A stretch of 63,447 nucleotides of DNA, filler included, from Salisapilia sapeloensis CBS 127946 (Eukaryota; Protista; Oomycota): NCBI GenBank assembly GCA_023334545.1. It is 12 parts of 12 records of this genome, joined end to end, with 100 filler letters (N's around TTAATTAATTAA, not from the genome) between each part and the next. Parts side by side here need not be neighbours in the genome. Positions count along the whole stretch, not along the records: positions 47,897 to 60,395 come from JAADVB010000410.1; positions 60,496 to 62,333 come from JAADVB010001026.1; positions 62,434 to 63,447 come from JAADVB010001356.1; 9 more parts are not named here. The stretch is one strand, 5' to 3'. The notes beneath the pieces were generated by a model, which ran no database searches, had not been told where the DNA came from, and was given only the letters and a program-made list of their open reading frames with translations. The translations under genes and the position numbers were made by a program. This document shows, in pieces, positions 59,501 through 63,447 of the stretch. Every line of letters starts with the position of its first letter. The first letter of the stretch is position 1.

Positions 59501-60203
59501 AGGCTCGAGTGTGAAGCTCGTGCATGCCATGGTCGACGTCATCAGTAGCAACGGGTGGCTCAAGCCTGCTCTTGCGGCTATGGACCTCGCGCAGATGTTG
59601 GTGCAAGGCGTCTGGAGCAGCGATTCGCCTCTCAAGCAGATTCCGTTCTTTACGCAAGACGTGTTGGATCGTGTCAAGGAGCTCGGCTTGCAGGAAGACG
59701 TCGAAGTGCCGGTGGATATCCTCAGTCTGGAGGACGACGTGCGAGAGAAGCTGCTGCCGTTTGAGAACAAGAAACTGTCGGCCGTCGCAGAGTTCTGTAA
59801 CGCCTTCCCGGATGTGAACATTGAGACGCAGGTGGAAAACGATGGAAAAGACATTCCAGCTGGATCGTCCGTCACGGTCGTCGTGCAGCTCGAGAGAGAG
59901 GCGGAGGATGAAGAGCAAGTTGGGATGGTCAAATCGGCCATGTTCCCGACGGAAAAGGCGGAGAACTGGTGGGTCGTTGTGGGAAATGCCGCGAAGAACA
60001 CGCTGTTGAACGTCAAGAGAGTTCCTTTCGGAAAGAAGAGTGTACAGGTCAAGCTAGAGCTTGCTGCTCCGAAAGACGTTGGTGAGTACACGTTCCAACT
60101 CTATGGCATTTGCGACGGATACGCCGGATGTGACTTGGAGAACGAGATCAAGCTACATGTCGTCGAGGCGCAGGATACGAGCGAAGATGAAGAGATGGAA
60201 TAA
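53550..60203 (+). CDS. BRR2: U5 snRNP 200-kDa RNA helicase
   Basis: MAEDSARSRQYAYVQNSNLVLQAD N-terminus, CAPTGAGKT, IIDEIHLLHD, GLSATLPN, QMLGRAGR, two Sec63 units and a degenerate second helicase cassette; intronless. Confidence 0.97.
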   Translation: MAEDSARSRQYAYVQNSNLVLQADRDSKRNADEPTGEVESLAGKIKYRMGDKAEKAQAPPSSAKRKRKTDKPEEQGEQALKKKMKQLSRADADASGDGGGMLLQTGGLASARSNILQESSTFESKTYAPTNPQSRDAYDQLLSVVTKHVGDQPGDLLAGVAEEVLSILKSDGFRDDQRYEEVGSLLKGITTDEFSDVVALGRRITDFRSDMGEEKQEDEAGQDLDKEVGVAVVFDEEEEEESDLEEVHEEEVQDSEEEEPTDHQMRLNDEEEEKEEQSSKFQLKPQDIDAFWLQRELSKYYTDADVSARLSEDILTALKDCGGDLGACENALVLLLEYDKFDLIKLLLENRGKVLYCTRLKQAQNDEERRAIELEMAQDESLQGEGEAILKELSTTSSADSWMADRMGRRETTSRAEAKRLREQQQQEQKEEEEEESQTKPSRYIDVEALIFEDGGHVMSNKECRLPEGTWRAQKKGYEEVHVPAVRTRIAASEEANRIRIDDMPEWTHDAFKGMDRLNRVQSRMFPASFKSSENLLLCAPTGAGKTNVAMLTILHELSKYRDEATGEVDLQKFKIVYVAPMKALVQEVVLNLGQRLAAYGIQVKELSGDQSLSREQLTATQVIVTTPEKWDVVTRKPGDDRAYTQLVRLIIIDEIHLLHDTRGPVLEALVSRTIRQIESSQQNVRLVGLSATLPNYEDVAAFLRVDKDKGLFFFDSSYRPVPLQQQYIGVMEKKPVKRLRLMNEICFDKVREQCTQDNQVLIFVHSRKETLSTAQALRDMFVENDAMQELLPERSASREILREESEKLEGSEDLKEILQTGFGIHHAGMKRSERQLVEDAFADGHLRVLVSTSTLAWGVNLPAHTVIIKGTQMYSAEKGGWTELSPLDILQMLGRAGRVQYDTQGEGIILTQHAQLTYYLSLMNQQLPVESQLLSRLADSLNAEIALGTVQSLSQAAVWLGYTYFFVRVLRNPSLYGASVADKKQDPSLLQYRTDLAHSAMTLLAKHSLVKYERRSGRVQSTSLGRVASHYYVAHQSVATYNQLLKPHLSDIELLRVFSLSHEFRHVMVRSEEKLELAKLMDRVPVPVKETLDGNSGAAKVNVLLQAYISRLKLDGFALAADMAHIHQSAARIFRALFEMCLQRQWAALAQRLLNMCKMVDRRIWFSHSPLRQLASSIPDQALRRIEKKDLPFDKYLELEPPDLGQLVSNSKWGKQLYKAVHQFPKLLVECHVEPITRGLLRVELTIEPDFDFVRDVHGNSEGFWCLVTDVDESTILHYEFVLLRRRLAQDETVVVFTMPLTEPLAPLCYLRLVSDKWLHAETTIPVSFHNMILPAKNAPPTELLDLQPIFVNNLLLKICSGRKTDAQKLKASMTRTRVSPWTFDKLNPIQTQVLPRVLDSDSSLLVCAPPGSGKSVLLEVALMKTLTALGQPDVNSDAFGDHLIVYLNSQEKVLDFRFRDWQAKFGDDSYWMQNVEKLTGDQSADVRALSQANILLATPAQFDVLSRRWKQRRRLQTIRLALVEEVQFLGSGQVGPTLEVVLSRLRFIAANKQEKENRTRIVAVGTSVANAKDVGDWLGAPSDNVFGFHPSVRPEPLEVRVQGFDVHDFSARMLAMSKPAFNFLSSEVVSSILFTPSSKQAQLSAIDLVTFALAENDPDKFRPLKAGEVQVDDPALQQTMERGVGYVTEAMTSTEVEEVVQAFRSGNLTTLVVPRLLAWSLAPAQIKCDSVLLLGAQFFDGKERRYVDYPLSDVLRMTKFGRSRCMLLCHSAKKSFYAKFLYDPLPVESNLRAALPDHMNAEVVTRTIESKQEAVDYLTWTFLYRRLLKNPNFYNMEGATTDHVSDYLSDLVEQTIGALEVSRCVQVDDEEDGLAPLNLGMIAAYYYIQYTTVEAFARSLSEDAKLPRLLLILCESSEFAVLPSRFGEDRKLETMAKHLKLQVPNADYTQPSTKAHVLLQMHFSRQHDRLNAFLRQDLDVLLGSSVKLVHAMVDVISSNGWLKPALAAMDLAQMLVQGVWSSDSPLKQIPFFTQDVLDRVKELGLQEDVEVPVDILSLEDDVREKLLPFENKKLSAVAEFCNAFPDVNIETQVENDGKDIPAGSSVTVVVQLEREAEDEEQVGMVKSAMFPTEKAENWWVVVGNAAKNTLLNVKRVPFGKKSVQVKLELAAPKDVGEYTFQLYGICDGYAGCDLENEIKLHVVEAQDTSEDEEME

Positions 60204-60322
60204 GCCAGGCGAACGAAATATAGCTTGTTTGATTCTACTAGTTACATGTTCAAGTGAAACCGATGTGGAGGATATGAATGATCGTTTGCTGATACGACGC
60301 GTCTTCACTCGAGAGCAGCGCC

Positions 60323-60395
60323 ATGGGGAACCGACAGTCGGAGCCGCAGGATAATCGGAGTGAAGCGAGCAGGAAGAGCGAGACGGCGGCGACGA
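60323..60395 (+). CDS. Start of a gene with an N-myristoylation-type N-terminus, 3' truncated
   Basis: MGNRQSEPQDNRSEASRKSETAAT is open to the linker; TCACTC INR-like motif about 18 bp upstream. Confidence 0.4.
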
Positions 60396-60495
60396 NNNNN
60401 NNNNNNNNNNNNNNNNNNNNNNNNNNNNNNNNNNNNNNNTTAATTAATTAANNNNNNNNNNNNNNNNNNNNNNNNNNNNNNNNNNNNNNNNNNNN
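60396..60495. other. Artificial contig linker
   Basis: N44-TTAATTAATTAA-N44. Confidence 0.97.
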
Positions 60496-62333
60496 ACGAT
60501 ATCATTTCCTCCATCAAAGCCTAGTAGCCATGCTGTATCGAACATCGAGATGAGAGTCGCCTCCGACCTGCGCTTCGAATGCTTCAATACATCGCTCTGA
60601 TTCGACAACGTTACCTTCTTCCCAACTGGTCATGGCAAAGAGAGAAAGGAAAGTATAGAGAACAAGCTCTATTCATCATGTCTGTGACCGCAAAGTGGAG
60701 GAACGTGTCCTCGATCTCAGCAATCCCGATATAGTAACCCAGATCTCCGAGGACGCCAGGAAATGCGGTTTTCATTCATACATAATGGTTGATACAACAA
60801 AACTTCCAAGTAAGGGCAAACGTGTAAACAACATTGACTTTGAACTCACCTTCCCAGTCGACATCTTCACTCCCTTGCTCCTGGTGACCACACTTCACGA
60901 TCGCATAGACCGATTCATGACACTCAGCTCAGACATCCACGGTTTGAAGAAGCTGGGTTTGCGAATACTATACGCTTCGTATATCCATTCGTTCGTCGAA
61001 GGCCATGGAAACTTGGATGACCGCGACGTCTATATAACGGACAAAATTGTCAGCGCCTCCTTCCCATCGGAAGCGGTGATGTGCTTCCCTCGTGATACGC
61101 AATTCATCTCACACAGACTGATCTCATGCGTACTAGTGCCTTATATCAAGACTTTGACAGCTAGTCCAAATAACTTGTCACTACCTTACCAGAAGCTACG
61201 GACCCAATGATGGACATGCCAGTTCATCGAGGTAGGTTCAGCGGCTTCCTGACATATACTTTGAAGGAAGCATGAGATCGAAATCTATGCATGCGCATAG
61301 CAAGTCTCAGTATCGATGGAGTGGTGGTGGCTTCGAATAACACCACAGACGCTCAGGTCAGTGAGGTCATTTGAGGCAAGTGCACTGAGCCAGTGCCGGT
61401 CATTCGACTATGCATCGCTCCATAGTCGCTATATCAGTGAATGCAGCTAAATGCCAAAGCTGACAGTACGTTCGATCTCGCGTGGATCCGAGTGGACCAT
61501 CTCGTCACATGCAACGCAGGATCTGCCGACGATGATGACGTAGACGGGTTCATTTGAGTTTCGAGCAAGGCAGCATCAAACGAGTGAGCACACATCAGAT
61601 TTGGTTCAGCCAAATAAACGCTCACTTCAGGAGGAGAGATGGAAACTGAGGGATGCTGTATCGCGTTTTGCCACTTTAAAAACAATATTTTTAGATCATC
61701 CCGTTGAAAGATCCACGTTATACATCTTCACTAGTTATAAGTGTAGGGCACCGACTTATCATTAATGCCTGACCGAGCTGATATGTACGTGTGTGGGAGC
61801 AACATCAGTTATATATCAAGTCAATATTAAAAAGGCATCATTTGATTTACTCAAAGGAAAATCACAAAGCAGAAACCACTACGCTTCTCTATATGCTTTA
61901 GTGGGAATGGAAATGGAAAACGCTATCCGACCAGACATACCAAGCTGTATTTGGCATCGGATGGATGAATGAAGATAACGGTGTTGATGCTCCATAGCTG
62001 CCCGAGCTTGAACGGATTGATATCAAAGTAGTCACAAATCAAACAGCGTAAGTTGGACGGCAAGACCCAAATCATGTATTCCATCTTTTACGTCAACGCT
62101 CACATTTCTCCGACCTGTTTTACCTACCTGCTTACGAAGCAAACGACGTCACAAAGGCAAGTACGCATCGGCGTTTCGCATCCGGATCGGCCGACTTTCG
62201 GCGGCAGCTCAACATCAAACGCACGCGAGACATGAGTACGGTGTCCGATGTAGATCCTCCGAGCATCGTGACAACGCGAGCTTCCTTGTCCGATTCGTCC
62301 AAGTCGGACTCACGGCTAAGGAAATCGTCAATC

Positions 62334-62433
62334 NNNNNNNNNNNNNNNNNNNNNNNNNNNNNNNNNNNNNNNNNNNNTTAATTAATTAANNNNNNNNNNN
62401 NNNNNNNNNNNNNNNNNNNNNNNNNNNNNNNNN
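62334..62433. other. Artificial contig linker
   Basis: N44-TTAATTAATTAA-N44. Confidence 0.97.
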
Positions 62434-62737
62434 CTAGATATGGAGTTGCTAATAATTTATAATTTTCACCGACTGTACATGTTTTTGAGCAGAAATCGAC
62501 GGAGTCGAAACGTTGTGAGCATTAAATGAAAGAATCCTACTTTATGGTGGCAGGATGTGCTATCGTTGAAGGCTGTACTTGCTTTATTAAAAGCACGATC
62601 TTTGACCGCCAGCGTGACAATTGAGAGACTAGATACCTCATAAATACTTCCCTAGTTGTATCTGAAGGTTTAGTAAATCACGAGACTAGAAGGAAGTGAT
62701 TTTGTGTTTGCTTAAAGCATTTAGCTTGTTTTGCTAT

Positions 62738-63447
62738 TCAAGAGAGGTCAAGAAATGCTCGAATTGACTTCAGGGCCACCAAAACTTTCCGATCAACGTT
62801 TTGTTTTCCCTCCACGAATGTATCTATACGCTCAAGTGTTGCTTTGGCTGCAGCAATTTCGTTTTCTTCCAAATTTAATGATACATCCACCAGCAGCAAA
62901 GAGCAGTACAGTTCATCTCTTGTGTCATAGTCGTCTGTAGATGGGTGTACTCCGAGAGATTTGTGGTAGGTCTCGATGCCATCTTTGCACCACGCTTTAG
63001 CCTTCGGAAGTGTTGTTGTCTTGTTGCTTTTCATTCTAGTTTTTAATTTGAATGTGTATTGATCAGGAAGGGTAGACCACAAATAAAACGCACCTATGCT
63101 CAAAGCAAGCATGACAGGCTGCAGCCTCGTACTCTAGCAATTCGTTAAAGTCCTCTATGCTGGAGGACGGAGACAGGTTGCTTTTCGCTTGTTCGATGGC
63201 AGTTTCATAGTAGCCAATGGCCGATTCGAAATGTTCCGTGGATGCCACTTGATCCTTTATGTCTAAGCTTGCTTTCGCTAGCTGTGCGTAAATTTTTCCA
63301 GGTACAGAGCCTAGAAGCAATGGTCTCTAGTGAGTATCTCGTATTATATAGTTATTGTTTCTTTATGCTACCTTCTTTCTCTGCGCGCTGAAGCCATTCG
63401 ATACACACTCTTGACTGCTCCATCAAGAGCTCTTGCTCGTTCTGTGA
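62738..63447 (-). CDS. TPR-like helical protein, 3' part (5' end outside the window)
   Basis: Introns 63311-63371 and 63036-63093 join ...LQRAEKE|GSVPGKIYAQLAKA...HFESAIGYYETAI...ACFEH|RMKSNK...AKAWCKDGIETYHKSLG in frame; stop at 62738. Confidence 0.65.

Noticed and set aside
27719-60091. Numerous 60-230 aa ORFs overlapping NUP205, myosin and BRR2
   Set aside because: Antisense or alternate-frame shadows of long, well-supported genes.
60695-61210. 171-aa plus-strand ORF
   Set aside because: No ATG at the listed start, no motifs, and competing fragmentary frames on the minus strand; could not be resolved.

Overview
Eukaryotic, oomycete-like (stramenopile) genomic DNA, not prokaryotic. Support: GT-AG introns of about 49-65 nt (often GTACG donors), oomycete INR+FPR-type core promoters, and oomycete-typical families (PX-like, START-like+FYVE, PLAC8, PDR ABC transporter, multi-IQ myosin, mitochondrion-targeted PGK). 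The window is 12 unrelated contig pieces joined by eleven identical 100-bp artificial linkers (N44-TTAATTAATTAA-N44), so adjacency across linkers means nothing. The largest piece (16025-40706) is very gene-dense, with five consecutive head-to-head pairs: nucleoredoxin/APC2, POLD4-like/K-rich protein, SCP2/ORC5, kinase/2OG oxygenase and NUP205/PGK, followed by a myosin. Other identifiable genes: Siw14-type phosphatase, MAPEG protein, GT61 fragment, sugar porter, PDR fragment, tandem HPAT/SGT1-like glycosyltransferase, MIF-family tautomerase and BRR2. Several genes are missing or fragmented in the ORF track and were reconstructed by hand from splice sites. The best candidates for novelty are (1) a hidden three-exon gene joining a DNA polymerase delta p12 (POLD4)-like motif to a CCHC zinc knuckle and (2) a kinase joining a fungal-type DUF1752/AreA-N motif, a B-box, a zinc-knuckle-like motif, a PH domain and a CAMK domain. 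No rRNA, tRNA, CRISPR array or intact transposase/RT was recognised. Family assignments come from remembered motifs, not database searches.
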